Source: Faecousia sp. (lineage in GTDB: Bacteria; Bacillota; Clostridia; Oscillospirales; Oscillospiraceae). From it: 64,000 nt of DNA. Position 1 is the stretch's first letter. Each line of letters starts with the position of its first letter. The notes under the pieces are model-generated. The model worked only from the letters and a program-made list of their open reading frames with translations. It had not been told where the DNA came from and did not search any database. Shown here piece by piece: positions 1 through 10,368 of the stretch. The DNA is taken from positions 104 through 64,103 of the forward strand of contig JBGVDK010000129.1 in the NCBI GenBank assembly GCA_045119355.1, given 5' to 3'. Made by a program: the position numbers and the translations under genes.

Positions 1-12
1 GGCAGAATTCTC

Positions 13-41
13 TTGTTTTTTTCACAGAAATGTGGTAAACT
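13..41 (+). promoter_or_regulatory. dnaA sigmaA-type promoter overlapped by two degenerate DnaA boxes
   Basis: TTGTTT(13-18)-17 bp-TAAACT(36-41) with extended TG; TTTTTCACA at 18-26 and TGTGGTAAA at 31-39 resemble TTATCCACA. Confidence 0.55.
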
Positions 42-116
42 TATGGTGTATTTTTATGCCCTGAAACGGGGTATGTGTTTTGCTTTACAGAGATTACCTA
101 TGAAAGGAGCCACGCT

Positions 117-1430
117 ATGTTTTCATCCGCCTATGTCTGGGCGAAGGTACTGATCCAGCTGGAGGAACGGCTGGGCGCTGTCACCATCAAAAGCTGGTTT
201 GACGACGCGGAAGTGGTGGAGCTGAACGATGAGAACCTGATCCTCTATTCCCCCTCCGATTTCCGGCGGGAGATTATCCGCACCCGCTGCAACGAATATA
301 TTCAGGATGCCCTGAAGGAGATCTTCAACTCCGACGCCAAGCTCATCGTCTTCGGCGACGAAGAGCTGAAGGCTTACCGTTCCCAGGGGAAAAACAACAC
401 CGTCCTGGAGTTCGCCCCTCAGTTTTCCTTCGAGAATTTCGTGGTCGGCCCCTCCAACCGGTTTGCCCATTCCGCCGCCATTGCCGTCAGTAACAACCCC
501 GGCACCGTCTACAATCCCCTGTTTATCTACGGCCCCCCCGGCGTGGGCAAGACCCATCTGCTCTACGCCATCGCCAACTCCATCCGCAGAGCCAATTCCG
601 ACGCCAAAATCGTCTATATCAAGGGTGACCAGTTCACCAACGAGCTGATCGAGGCCCTGCGGCTGGGCCGGAACGTGGAATTCCGGACCAAATACCGGGA
701 GGCCGACCTGTTCCTCATCGACGACGTCCAGTTCATCGCCGGCAAGGAATCCACCCAGGAGGAATTCTTCCATACCTTCAACAAGCTCTACGAATCCGGC
801 AAGCAGATCGTCATGACCTCCGACCGGAAGCCCAGCGACATGCTGACCCTGGAGACACGGCTTCAGACCCGGTTCGAATGGGGCCTGCTGGCGGACATCC
901 AGCCTCCGGATTACGAAACCAGAATGGCCATTCTGAAGAATAAGGCCAAGAGCCTGGGTCTGGATCTGGGAGACGATGTGTGCAACTACATCGCCATCAA
1001 CATCACCAACAACGTCCGTCAGATTGAGGGCACGGTGAAGAAGATCATGGCGTATCACAATCTTTCCAATATGCCCCTGGACCTGCCCAACGTCACCCGG
1101 GCCATCAGCGATATGTTTAAGAGCGAGGGCAACGCCCTGCCCACCCCCAGTCTGATCATCAGTCAGGTTTGTAAGTTCTACTCCATCGACGAGATCGTGC
1201 TCCGGGGCAGCAAGAAGAACAAGGGCACCGCCGAGGCCCGGCAGGTTGCCATGTATCTGATCCGGCAGCTGACCAATCTGAGCCTGCCGGATATCGGCCG
1301 GGAATTCAACCGGGATCATTCCACGGTGCTGCACTCCATCCGGAAGGTGGAGACTGAGCTGAAAAGCGGCAATCAGAATCTTCAGGACAATATTCGGGAT
1401 ATTACCGCGAATATTAACTCCTGCCTTTGA
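117..1430 (+). CDS. dnaA: Chromosomal replication initiator DnaA
   Basis: Walker A GPPGVGKTHL, DDVQFIAGKESTQEEFFHTFN, C-terminal RDHSTVLHS; AAGGAG RBS upstream of ATG 117. Confidence 0.98.
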   Translation: MFSSAYVWAKVLIQLEERLGAVTIKSWFDDAEVVELNDENLILYSPSDFRREIIRTRCNEYIQDALKEIFNSDAKLIVFGDEELKAYRSQGKNNTVLEFAPQFSFENFVVGPSNRFAHSAAIAVSNNPGTVYNPLFIYGPPGVGKTHLLYAIANSIRRANSDAKIVYIKGDQFTNELIEALRLGRNVEFRTKYREADLFLIDDVQFIAGKESTQEEFFHTFNKLYESGKQIVMTSDRKPSDMLTLETRLQTRFEWGLLADIQPPDYETRMAILKNKAKSLGLDLGDDVCNYIAINITNNVRQIEGTVKKIMAYHNLSNMPLDLPNVTRAISDMFKSEGNALPTPSLIISQVCKFYSIDEIVLRGSKKNKGTAEARQVAMYLIRQLTNLSLPDIGREFNRDHSTVLHSIRKVETELKSGNQNLQDNIRDITANINSCL

Positions 1431-1462
1431 TCGTTTTGGCGCAGGCTCGTTTGAAACTTGTT

Positions 1463-1870
1463 AGGCCCTTCGGGGCCTCCCTTTCTTGTTTCGGCAAGAA
1501 AGGGAGGAAAGAACCGATTTAAGAGGGGTGGTGCTGCGCGCAGCGCATCCAAAATCAATATGATTGCCGGTGGCAATCATACCGCAATTCAATTTTTACA
1601 AGCCGCCCCCTCTTAAAGATCTCCCCTCCTCCGATGTTTGGCCCGTCCATCTTGACTAAGGCGAAGATGTTCCGATCTTCGCCCTGCCGAATAAGGGGCT
1701 GGAACAACCAATCAGTAAGTGAGCTGACAAATAGAGCCGCCCCAGCTATCGATTACTACCACCCCTTAAATAGATAAGAGGGATTCTTAAGGGAGAATCA
1801 GGCCACGAAGAGGCCCTCCCTTAAGCTGACTTCTTTGGTTACTTTCTTGTTCAGCGACAAGAAAGTGACA
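1463..1870. repeat. Nested palindromic MITE/REPIN-like element
   Basis: Inverted terminal units CTTTCTTG-loop-CAAGAAAG with AAAGAA/TTCTTT; inner IRs TTTAAGAGGGG/CCCCTCTTAAA, TATGATTGCC-GGT-GGCAATCATA and CTTAAGGGAG/CTCCCTTAAG. Confidence 0.7.
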
Positions 1871-1919
1871 CATAGCAGTCTTAGCTAGCACCCCAGAAAA
1901 AGGGGAAACCAGACCTCAA

Positions 1920-2140
1920 AATTTATCCACAACAGGCTGTGGAAGCTGAAAACTTTCGCTGTTGATAACTGTGTGTCAAAATTTCTTCCACACAGCCTGT
2001 GCAAAAACTTTTCAAACCCACACATTCCGTTGTGGAAAAAAATCCGTTGCGGCTGTAGGAGAAATCATAGTTATCCACATAACTTTCTACTACTACCGCT
2101 ACTGCTACCTAATATTCTATCTGTTTATAAATAAATCCTT
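1920..2140. other. oriC: DnaA-box cluster, DnaA-trios and AT-rich unwinding element
   Basis: Perfect TTATCCACA at 1923-1931 and 2071-2079; 1-mismatch boxes at 1960-1968 and 2031-2039; CTACTACTACCGCTACTGCTAC trio run followed by an AT tract; located between dnaA and dnaN. Confidence 0.9.
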
Positions 2141-2166
2141 TAGAAAGACAAGAAGGTGTTTTGTCC

Positions 2167-3273
2167 ATGCGTTTTACCTGTGAAAAAAGCATCCTGGTCT
2201 CCGGACTGAATATCGCCAGCCGTACTGTCGCCCAAAAGTCCAGCCTCTCCGTCATCGAGGGCATCCTGTGCAAGGCAGGCCTCGGTCTGAGCCTGACCGG
2301 CTATAACATGGAGACCGCCATCACCTATGAAATTCCCGCGGAGGTTTCGGACCCCGGCGAGTGCATCCTCCCCGCCAAGCTCTTCGGCGACATCATCCGC
2401 CGGCTCCCCGAGGGTCCCGTCACCGTGGTGGTGGATGAAACCTATAAAGTGTCCATCCGGGCAGGCTTCGCCTCCTTCACCATCGCCGCCGAAAGCTCCG
2501 AGGATTACCCCGAGCTCCCCGACGTGGGCGAGGGCCGGGGTGTTCAGATTCCCCAGAACGCCCTGAAGAGCCTGAACTCCGGCACCATTTTCTCCGTTTC
2601 CGAAAACCAGGCCCGGCCTATCCACACCGGCGTGCGCTTTGAAGTGGAAAACGACGCCATCTCCGCCATCGCCGTGGACGGCTACCGGCTGGCCCGGCGG
2701 ACCTTCCACCCCGAGATCAGCACCGGCCGGACCATGGCCTTCGTGGTCCCCGCCCCCGCGCTGAAGGAAGTGGAAAAAATCCTCACCGATTCCGACGAAA
2801 TGGCCTCCTTTACCCTGGGCACCAAGCACATTTTGTTCCAGATCGGCACCGCTACCCTGGTCTGCCGACTGCTGGACGGCGACTTCCTGGACTGGAAAAA
2901 GGTGGTCCCCACCAACTGCCCCGTGAAGCTGGTGGCCCATGTCTCGGACCTGGTCAGCTCCATCGAGCGCGTTGGCCTGATCGTTTCTGAAAAATTCAAG
3001 AGCCCGGTGCGCTGTGTCTTCTCCAATCAGGTGCTGATGCTCCGGACCAATACCACCATCGGCGCCGCCGAGGATCAGTGCTCCATCGCCGGTGACGGCA
3101 AGGAGCTGGAAATCGGCTTCAACGTCAAGTACCTGGCCGATGCCCTTCGCGCTGTGCCCAGCGAGGAGGTCACTTTGGAGCTGACCAACGGCCTGAGCCC
3201 CATCGTCCTCACCCCTGTGGATGATAAGATGGACTTCGCCTACATGGTGCTGCCGGTCAGATTGAAGAATTGA
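2167..3273 (+). CDS. dnaN: DNA polymerase III beta sliding clamp
   Basis: AVDGYRLA, IGFNVKYL, C-terminal MVLPVR; position after oriC. Confidence 0.97.
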   Translation: MRFTCEKSILVSGLNIASRTVAQKSSLSVIEGILCKAGLGLSLTGYNMETAITYEIPAEVSDPGECILPAKLFGDIIRRLPEGPVTVVVDETYKVSIRAGFASFTIAAESSEDYPELPDVGEGRGVQIPQNALKSLNSGTIFSVSENQARPIHTGVRFEVENDAISAIAVDGYRLARRTFHPEISTGRTMAFVVPAPALKEVEKILTDSDEMASFTLGTKHILFQIGTATLVCRLLDGDFLDWKKVVPTNCPVKLVAHVSDLVSSIERVGLIVSEKFKSPVRCVFSNQVLMLRTNTTIGAAEDQCSIAGDGKELEIGFNVKYLADALRAVPSEEVTLELTNGLSPIVLTPVDDKMDFAYMVLPVRLKN

Positions 3274-3281
3274 TTTTATAT

Positions 3282-3366
3282 GTAGGGGACGGCCTCCCGG
3301 ACGTCCCGTCGGCAAACATCGTTTGCCGCTGACGCGGCACGGACCGTCGAGGACGCCGGTCCCTAC
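3282..3366. repeat. GTAG REPIN family A, short-spacer type
   Basis: Inverted pair of GTAG-hairpin REPs; left arm variant GGGACG..CGTCCC. Confidence 0.9.
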
Positions 3367-3394
3367 GAGAAAATGTTCGTTCGCGGAAATATGC

Positions 3395-3417
3395 GGGCGA
3401 CCATTGGTCGCCCCTAC
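3395..3417 (-). repeat. GTAG REP family B
   Basis: Reverse strand reads GTAG GGGCGACC AAT GGTCGCCC. Confidence 0.85.
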
Positions 3418-3438
3418 GATACTAGGAGCATACTAATT

Positions 3439-3696
3439 ATGAGAGTAGTTGTGAAAAAGAAGGGTGAAAATCCGGAGATCCCTGTGGTCATCGGCACCGA
3501 ATACATCAAGCTGGAGGCCGCGCTGAAGCTTTGCAACGCCGTGCCCACCGGCGGTCAGGCCAAGTACCTGATTCAGGAGGGCGAGGCCAAGGTCAACGGG
3601 GAGGTCTGTCTGATGAGAGGCAAGAAGCTCTATCCCGGCGACCGGTTTGAGTTCATGGGCCAGAAGTATCTGATCACTGTCCATGCACCTGTGTGA
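3439..3696 (+). CDS. yaaA: S4-domain RNA-binding protein (YaaA-like)
   Basis: EYIKLEAALK...TGGQAK...VNGE...RGKKL; between dnaN and recF; AGGAG RBS. Confidence 0.9.
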   Translation: MRVVVKKKGENPEIPVVIGTEYIKLEAALKLCNAVPTGGQAKYLIQEGEAKVNGEVCLMRGKKLYPGDRFEFMGQKYLITVHAPV

Positions 3697-4783
3697 GCTG
3701 AGCCTTTCCGGGTTCCGGAATTATGAGGAGCTGGAATTCACCGCCGAGCCGGGGGTGAACCTGATCGTGGGCGACAACGCCCAGGGAAAGACCAACCTGC
3801 TGGAAGCCATCGTCTATTTAGGCTCGGGAAAGAGCTTCCGGACCCAAAAAAGCGCGGAGCTTGTACGGTTTGGTGCAACTTTCGCGGATTTGAACGCAAG
3901 GGTGTACAGCGAAGGCCGGGAACAGACCCTTCGGTCGGTGATTTTCCCAGGAGGAAGGGCAAGGCAGCTCTGGCGGAACGGCGTAAAAAAGAAGTCCGCC
4001 GGGGAGATCGCCGGAGTGCTCAACACCGTGCTGTTCTGCCCGGAGGATCTGATGGTTTTGAAGACCGGCGCGTCGGCCCGGCGGCGGCTGGGGGACAACG
4101 CCCTGTGCCAGCTGCGGCCCAATTACGACGCGGCGCTCACCGAGTACAACCGGATTTTGGAGCAGAAGAGCAAGATTCTGAAGGATCGGTTCGACCATCC
4201 TGCACTCCTTGAAATTCTGCCGGAGTACAACCTGCGTCTTTGTCAGGTGGGCGCGCTGCTGATCTCCTACCGGGCGCGGTTTTACGACAGCCTGGGAAAG
4301 ACGGCGTCCGTGTATCACGGACAGTTCAGCGGCGGCGCCGAGGAGTTCACCCTGGATTACCATACGGTCTCCACGGTGGAGGACCCCTTCGCTTCCATGG
4401 CGAAACTGACGGAAGACTTGCAGAATCACATGGAGTCCCACGCCCGGGCGGAGCTGGAAACGGCCCAGTGCCTGACGGGACCCCACAAGGATGATTTTGA
4501 CGTGAAGCTCTCGGGCCTGTCCGTGAAGACCTACGGGTCCCAGGGGCAGACGAGGACCGCGGCCATCTCCCTGAAGCTTGCCCAGCGGGAGCTGATGCGC
4601 CGGGAGATGGGCGAGGAGCCGGTGCTGCTTCTCGATGACGTGCTGTCCGAGCTGGACCCTGGGCGGCAGGATTTCGTGCTGAACCAGATCACTTCCGGGC
4701 AGGTGTTTATCACCTGCTGCGAGCCGGGAAGGTTTACCAAGCTGGGACAGACAATTCAGATACGAAAGGGTCAAATAGTTTAA
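3683..4783 (+). CDS. recF: DNA replication/repair protein RecF
   Basis: GDNAQGKTNLLEAI, GPHKDD, GSQGQ, LLLDDVLSELD. Confidence 0.97.
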   Translation: MHLCELSLSGFRNYEELEFTAEPGVNLIVGDNAQGKTNLLEAIVYLGSGKSFRTQKSAELVRFGATFADLNARVYSEGREQTLRSVIFPGGRARQLWRNGVKKKSAGEIAGVLNTVLFCPEDLMVLKTGASARRRLGDNALCQLRPNYDAALTEYNRILEQKSKILKDRFDHPALLEILPEYNLRLCQVGALLISYRARFYDSLGKTASVYHGQFSGGAEEFTLDYHTVSTVEDPFASMAKLTEDLQNHMESHARAELETAQCLTGPHKDDFDVKLSGLSVKTYGSQGQTRTAAISLKLAQRELMRREMGEEPVLLLDDVLSELDPGRQDFVLNQITSGQVFITCCEPGRFTKLGQTIQIRKGQIV

Positions 4784-4810
4784 TTGATAATTGATAATTG
4801 ATAATTGACA
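4782..4810 (+). repeat. Heptamer tandem array (AATTGAT)n
   Basis: About 4 tandem units right after the recF stop. Confidence 0.85.
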
Positions 4811-4964
4811 AAATGCTTATCGGCTTGATGAAGCAAACGCAAAGAAGTTGTTGACATTCTTGCCTCTCCCTCTGGGAGAGGTGCCCCGGAGGGGCGGAGA
4901 GGGCGTTTTTCCCCTCTCAGTCACGGCCTATGGCCGTGCCAGCTCTCCCAGAGGGAGAGCCAAG
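4810..4964. repeat. CCTCTCCC/GGGAGAG palindromic element, copy 1
   Basis: Core 4859-4964 is nearly identical to the reverse complement of 32184-32288; the flank also matches out to about 32337. Confidence 0.9.
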
Positions 4965-5005
4965 GATTTGCATGAAATTGAGATCATCATTGAAGGAGGA
5001 CGAAA

Positions 5006-6934
5006 ATGTCTGACGAAATGAAAGTAACAGAAGAATACGGCGGATCGCAGATTCAGGTTCTGGAAGGCCTGGAAGCGGTCCGGAAGCGGCCCGGTATGTA
5101 TATCGGTTCCACTTCCTCCTCGGGCCTGCACCACCTGGTCTATGTGATCGTGGACAACGCCATTGACGAGGCTCTGGCCGGATTCTGTAAGAATATCACC
5201 GTCACCATCAACCCCGGTGACTCCATCACCGTCACCGACGACGGCCGCGGCATCCCCGTGGACATCCAGCCCCAGACCGGCCGGCCTGCATTGGAGGTCG
5301 TTTACACCGTGCTCCACGCCGGCGGCAAGTTCGGCGGCGGCGGTTACAAGGTCTCCGGCGGTCTGCACGGCGTGGGCGCTTCTGTCGTCAACGCCATGTC
5401 CGAGTGGCTGTGCGTCCGGGTCCACAAGAATGGGCAGATCTATCAGATGAAGTTCGCCCGGGGCCACATTACCCAGGAGATGACCATCGTGGGCAAGACC
5501 GACAAGACCGGCACCGAAGTTACCTTCCAGCCGGACCCGGAGCTGTTCGATACTCTGGTCTATGACTACGAGATCCTGCACACCAGAATGCGGGAGGAAG
5601 CCTTCCTGAACGCGGGCCTTGCCATCACCATCACTGACAAGCGCAATCCCGACGAGGTCCTCACCGACACCATGTGCTACGAGGGCGGCATCCGGGAGTT
5701 CGCCACCTGGGCCAACCGGAACAAGACCGTGGTCCACGAGGACGTCATCTACATGGCCGGTACCAAGGGCGACGCCTCTGCCGAAGTCGCCATCCAGTAC
5801 AACGACGGCTATCAGGAATATATGCTCTCCTTCGCCAACGACGTGCGCACCCCCGAGGGCGGCATGCACGAGACCGGCTTCAAGACCGCTTTGACCCGTG
5901 TCCTCAACGCCTACGGCGTGAAGAACGGCATCATCAAGGGCGACGACAAGGTGTCCGGCGAGGACTGCCGGGAGGGCATCACCGCCATCATTTCCGTGAA
6001 GCTGACGGACGCCCAGTTCGAGGGCCAGACCAAGGCGAAGCTGGGCAACGCATACATCCGGACGCTGGTGGACCAGATCGTCACCGATCAGCTGGCGACT
6101 TACTTTGAGGAGCATCCGGCAACTGCCAAAATCATCCTGGAAAAGGCTATGATGGCCAACCGCGCCCGGGAAGCCGCCCGGAAGGCCCGGGAGTCCATCC
6201 GGAGAAAAACCGGCCTGGAGAGCGGCCAGATGCCCGACAAGCTCCAGGACTGCAACGAGCGTGACCCAGAGCTCTGCGAAATTTACATCGTCGAGGGCGA
6301 CTCCGCTGCGGGCTCTGCCATCCAGGGCAGAGACTCCCGGTTCCAGGCCATCCTTGCCATGTGGGGCAAGATGCTCAACGTGGAGAAGGCCCGGGCTGAC
6401 AAGATCTATGGCAACGATAAGCTGTATCCCCTGATCGTGGCCCTGGGCGCGGGCATCGGCGAGGAGTTTGATCTATCCAAGCTCCGCTACCACAAGGTCA
6501 TCATCATGGCCGATGCGGACGTGGACGGCGCCCATATCCGGACGCTGCTGCTGACCTTCTTCTTCCGGTATATGCGGCCGCTGATCGAGAATGGCTACGT
6601 CTACTCCGCTGTGCCTCCCCTGTACAAGCTGAAAAAAGGCAAGACAGAGAAAGTGGCCTACTCCGACGAGGAGCGCGACCTGGTCTCCGCCCAGATGCGG
6701 GGCGAGGGCAATGCCAAGGTGGACATCAGCCGGTTCAAGGGTCTGGGCGAAATGGACCCCCACGAGCTGTGGGACACCACCATGGACCCGGAGAAGCGGA
6801 GCCTCCGCCGGATCACCCTGGACGACGCCGCGAGAGCGGATGAGATCTTCACCATCCTCATGGGCGAGCAGGTGGAGCCGAGAAAAGACTGGATCGAGCG
6901 GAACGCGAAGTACGCCATCAATATTGATATCTGA
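5006..6934 (+). CDS. gyrB: DNA gyrase subunit B
   Basis: EAVRKRPGMYIG, DDGRGIP, GLHGVG, EGDSA, DADVDGAHI, RFKGLGEM; followed by gyrA. Confidence 0.97.
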   Translation: MSDEMKVTEEYGGSQIQVLEGLEAVRKRPGMYIGSTSSSGLHHLVYVIVDNAIDEALAGFCKNITVTINPGDSITVTDDGRGIPVDIQPQTGRPALEVVYTVLHAGGKFGGGGYKVSGGLHGVGASVVNAMSEWLCVRVHKNGQIYQMKFARGHITQEMTIVGKTDKTGTEVTFQPDPELFDTLVYDYEILHTRMREEAFLNAGLAITITDKRNPDEVLTDTMCYEGGIREFATWANRNKTVVHEDVIYMAGTKGDASAEVAIQYNDGYQEYMLSFANDVRTPEGGMHETGFKTALTRVLNAYGVKNGIIKGDDKVSGEDCREGITAIISVKLTDAQFEGQTKAKLGNAYIRTLVDQIVTDQLATYFEEHPATAKIILEKAMMANRAREAARKARESIRRKTGLESGQMPDKLQDCNERDPELCEIYIVEGDSAAGSAIQGRDSRFQAILAMWGKMLNVEKARADKIYGNDKLYPLIVALGAGIGEEFDLSKLRYHKVIIMADADVDGAHIRTLLLTFFFRYMRPLIENGYVYSAVPPLYKLKKGKTEKVAYSDEERDLVSAQMRGEGNAKVDISRFKGLGEMDPHELWDTTMDPEKRSLRRITLDDAARADEIFTILMGEQVEPRKDWIERNAKYAINIDI

Positions 6935-6942
6935 CGATATCA

Positions 6943-7015
6943 AGTGCTAAGTGCTGAGTGCTGAATGCTGAGTTAAGGGCGTTCACTCAGCACTATGCAC
7001 TGTGAACTTAGCACT
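6943..7015. repeat. Inverted heptamer array (AGTGCTG)n...(CAGCACT)n
   Basis: About 4 direct units then about 4 inverted units between gyrB and gyrA. Confidence 0.85.
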
Positions 7016-7035
7016 ATTACACAGGAGGTGTCTGA

Positions 7036-9540
7036 ATGGCACATAACCGCAGTTACAAACCCGAGGACATCCGTTTCCCGGATCAGGTGATCACTGAGAG
7101 TCATCTGGTGGAGGAAATGGAGAAGTCCTACATCGAATACGCCATGTCGGTCATTGTCGGCCGGGCGCTGCCGGATGTGCGGGACGGATTGAAGCCCGTT
7201 CACCGGCGGATCCTGTACACCATGTACGAAAGCGGCCTGACCTCCGACAAGCCCTTCAAGAAGTCTGCCACCTGCGTCGGTGACGTGCTTGGTAAATACC
7301 ATCCCCATGGCGACGCGTCCGTTTACGACGCCATGGTGCGTCTGGCCCAGGATTTCTCCATGCGCTATATGCTGGTGGACGGCCACGGCAACTTCGGCTC
7401 CGTGGACGGCGATCCCCCTGCCGCTTACCGTTACACCGAGGCGAGACTGTCCAAGATGTCCAACGAAATGCTCCGGGACATCGACAAGGACACCGTCAAC
7501 TGGGACCCCAACTTCGACGAAAGCCGGAAGGAGCCCAGAGTGCTCCCCTCCCGGTTCCCCAATCTGCTGGTCAACGGTTCCAGCGGCATCGCTGTTGGTA
7601 TGGCGACCAACATTCCCCCTCATAACCTGACCGAGGTCATCAACGCCTGCGTCTGCGTGCTGGATGACCCCGAGGCTTCCATGGTGGACCTGATGGAGCA
7701 CGTCTCCGGTCCCGACTTCCCCACCGGCGGCATCATCATGGGCCGCAGCGGCATCCGGGCGGCTTATGCCACCGGACGGGGCAAGGTGGTGGTCCGGGCA
7801 CGGACCGAGTTCGAGGAGTTCGGCAAGGACCGGATGCGGATCATTGTCACCGAGCTTCCCTACCAGGTGAACAAGCGCCAGATGATCAAGAACATCGCCG
7901 AGCAGGTGAAGGACAAGCGCTTGGAGGGCATTTCCGACCTCCGGGACGAGACTGACCGGAACGGCATGCGGGTGGTCATCGAGCTGAAAAAGGACGCCAA
8001 TCCCCAGGTAGTGCTGAACACCCTGTTCAAGCAGACCGCGCTGCAGTCCAGCTTCGGCATCATCATGCTGGCTCTGGTGGACGACCAGAAGCAGCCCAAG
8101 ATCCTGTCCCTGCGGCAGATCATTGACGAGTATCTGAAGCACCAGATGGAGGTCCTGACCCGCCGGACCCAGTACGATCTGAAGAAGGCCAAGGAACGGG
8201 CCCATCTGCTGGAAGGCCTGCTGATTGCCCAGGACAACATTGACGAGGTCATCCGGATCATCCGCAGCCGCTACGACGACGCCCGTGAGGCTCTGATGGA
8301 GCGGTTCGGGCTGGACGAGGTCCAGGCCCAGGCCATTCTGGATATGCGGCTGAAAGCCCTCCAGGGCCTCGACCGGGAGAAGCTTCAGAACGAGTATGAC
8401 GAGCTTCAGGAGCGGATCAAGTATTTTGTCGAGCTGCTGGAAAATCCCGAGAAGCTGAAAGCCGTCCTCCGGGAGGAGCTGATCGCCATCCGGGACAAGT
8501 TCGGCGACGAGCGCAAGACCGAGATTCAGGACGTGGAGGACGAGATCGACATCGAGGATCTGATCGAGGAAGAGACCTGCGTCTTCTCCATCTCCAACCA
8601 GGGCTACGTCAAGCGGATGCCCGTGGACTCCTACCGGACCCAGTCCAGAGGCGGTCGCGGCGTCAACGCCCAGAACCTGAAGGAGGAGGACTTCGTCAAG
8701 AACATCTTCGTTGCCTCCACCCATGACCATATGCTGTTCTTCACGGATCTCGGCCGGGTCCACCACCGGAAGGGCTATCAGATCCCCGAGGCCGGCCGGA
8801 CCGCGAGAGGCACCGCCATCGTGAACATCCTGCCCCTGGAGCCCGGCGAGCAGGTGACGGCAGTCGTGACCACCCGGGAGTTTGACGACAACGAATACCT
8901 GATGATGGTCACGAGAAACGGCACCATCAAGCGGATGGAGCTGGTGGCCCTGAAGACCAACCGGAAGGGCGGCATCCGTGCCCTGACCCTGGACGAGGGA
9001 GACCATCTGATCAACGTCATCCGGACAAAGGGAGACGACAATATTCTGATCGCCACCGCAGGCGGCATGGCCATCTGCTTCAACGAGACCGACGCCCGTC
9101 CCATGGGCCGTGACGCCACCGGCGTGAGAGGCATCATGCTGTCCGACGGCGATTACGTGGTGGGCGCTGAGAAGTACGAGGAGGGCAAGTGTCTGCTCAC
9201 CGTGACCCAGCGGGGCTACGGCAAGCGGACGGAGCTCAGTGAATACCTGCGCACCGGTCCCGACGGCGAGAAGGTGCCCCAGCAGAGAGGCGGCAAGGGC
9301 CTGAAGAACTACAACATCACCGAGAAAACCGGCAATATCGCGGGCTGCCGCGTGGTGGCCGAGGACGACGACGTGATGCTCATCGAAAACGGCGGCGTCA
9401 TCATCCGGATCCCCGCCTCCTCCATCAACGTGTACAAGCGTGACACCCAGGGTGTCATCGTCATGCGCATCGAGGAGGGCAACCAGGTGGTGTCCATTGA
9501 GCGGATCGACAAGGTGGAAGACGAGGAAGCGGCGGAATGA
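7036..9540 (+). CDS. gyrA: DNA gyrase subunit A
   Basis: [29 protein letters not shown], GyrA box QSRGGRG. Confidence 0.98.
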   Translation: MAHNRSYKPEDIRFPDQVITESHLVEEMEKSYIEYAMSVIVGRALPDVRDGLKPVHRRILYTMYESGLTSDKPFKKSATCVGDVLGKYHPHGDASVYDAMVRLAQDFSMRYMLVDGHGNFGSVDGDPPAAYRYTEARLSKMSNEMLRDIDKDTVNWDPNFDESRKEPRVLPSRFPNLLVNGSSGIAVGMATNIPPHNLTEVINACVCVLDDPEASMVDLMEHVSGPDFPTGGIIMGRSGIRAAYATGRGKVVVRARTEFEEFGKDRMRIIVTELPYQVNKRQMIKNIAEQVKDKRLEGISDLRDETDRNGMRVVIELKKDANPQVVLNTLFKQTALQSSFGIIMLALVDDQKQPKILSLRQIIDEYLKHQMEVLTRRTQYDLKKAKERAHLLEGLLIAQDNIDEVIRIIRSRYDDAREALMERFGLDEVQAQAILDMRLKALQGLDREKLQNEYDELQERIKYFVELLENPEKLKAVLREELIAIRDKFGDERKTEIQDVEDEIDIEDLIEEETCVFSISNQGYVKRMPVDSYRTQSRGGRGVNAQNLKEEDFVKNIFVASTHDHMLFFTDLGRVHHRKGYQIPEAGRTARGTAIVNILPLEPGEQVTAVVTTREFDDNEYLMMVTRNGTIKRMELVALKTNRKGGIRALTLDEGDHLINVIRTKGDDNILIATAGGMAICFNETDARPMGRDATGVRGIMLSDGDYVVGAEKYEEGKCLLTVTQRGYGKRTELSEYLRTGPDGEKVPQQRGGKGLKNYNITEKTGNIAGCRVVAEDDDVMLIENGGVIIRIPASSINVYKRDTQGVIVMRIEEGNQVVSIERIDKVEDEEAAE

Positions 9541-9974
9541 AGACCGTGACCATCTACACCGACGGCGCCTGCTCCGGCAACCCCGGCCCCGGCGGCTGGG
9601 GGGCCATCCTGGAATATAACGGCATCGAAAAGGAGCTCTCCGGCGGCGAAGCAAACACCACCAACAACCGGATGGAGCTCACCGCCGTGATCCGGGCCTT
9701 GCAGGCCCTGAAGGAGCCCTGCGTGGTGGAGCTGTATTCCGACTCGAAATACGTCATTGACGCGCTGGAAAAGGGCTGGGCCTGGGGCTGGAAGAAGCGG
9801 AACTGGGTGAAGAGCGACAAAAAGCCCGCCCTGAATCCGGACCTCTGGGACGAGCTGCTGAAGCTGACCATGAAGCACGAGCTCCACTACCACTGGGTCA
9901 AGGGCCACGCGTCCAATCCGAAGAATAACCGGTGCGACGAACTGGCGGTTGGCGAGTGGAAAAAATTAAAGTAA
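9537..9974 (+). CDS. rnhA: Ribonuclease HI
   Basis: [37 protein letters not shown]. Confidence 0.97.
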   Translation: MKTVTIYTDGACSGNPGPGGWGAILEYNGIEKELSGGEANTTNNRMELTAVIRALQALKEPCVVELYSDSKYVIDALEKGWAWGWKKRNWVKSDKKPALNPDLWDELLKLTMKHELHYHWVKGHASNPKNNRCDELAVGEWKKLK

Positions 9975-10015
9975 AAAAGCGCCCCTCTGCTGGGGGCGCC
10001 TTTTGAGGGATCGAT

Positions 10016-10297
10016 ATGGAACAAAAATTCATTGAAGCCTGGGTTGCTGCCCGGGAGACGGCCCAGAGAATGGGCGTCCGGCTGCGGCCCATGGAGGCTG
10101 CCGACGCCATGAAGCAGGCCCACCGCTGTTTGCAGGGCCACCGGGAATCCGACGGCTTCAACATCCTGGCGGACAAGGGCCATCTGGAACTGAGCCTGGA
10201 AGCCCTGGCGGTGGACAAGCGCTTCGGCGCGCTGTTTTCCGACGAGGAAGCCAATACCGCATTGAGCAGACTGCTGAACGCAGGCTATTATATGTGA
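10016..10297 (+). CDS. Hypothetical protein (93 aa)
   Basis: GAGGGA RBS, host-like codon usage, followed by a terminator. Confidence 0.75.
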   Translation: MEQKFIEAWVAARETAQRMGVRLRPMEAADAMKQAHRCLQGHRESDGFNILADKGHLELSLEALAVDKRFGALFSDEEANTALSRLLNAGYYM

Positions 10298-10326
10298 AAA
10301 AAGCACCGCGAAAGCGGTGCTTTTTT
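10297..10326. terminator. Bidirectional intrinsic terminator
   Basis: AAAAAAGCACCGC GAAA GCGGTGCTTTTTT between convergent genes. Confidence 0.85.
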
Positions 10327-10327
10327 A

Positions 10328-10360
10328 ATGCTGAGTGCATAGTGCAGAGTGATGAGTGAA
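10328..10360 (+). repeat. Degenerate heptamer array (TGCTGAG family)
   Basis: TGCTGAG TGCATAG TGCAGAG TGATGAG. Confidence 0.75.
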
Positions 10361-10368
10361 GCTTCTTT

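Noticed and set aside
7297-7335. GyrA QRDR with Ala at the Ser83-equivalent position as acquired quinolone resistance
   Set aside because: Natural variation at this position is common, and selection cannot be inferred from one sequence
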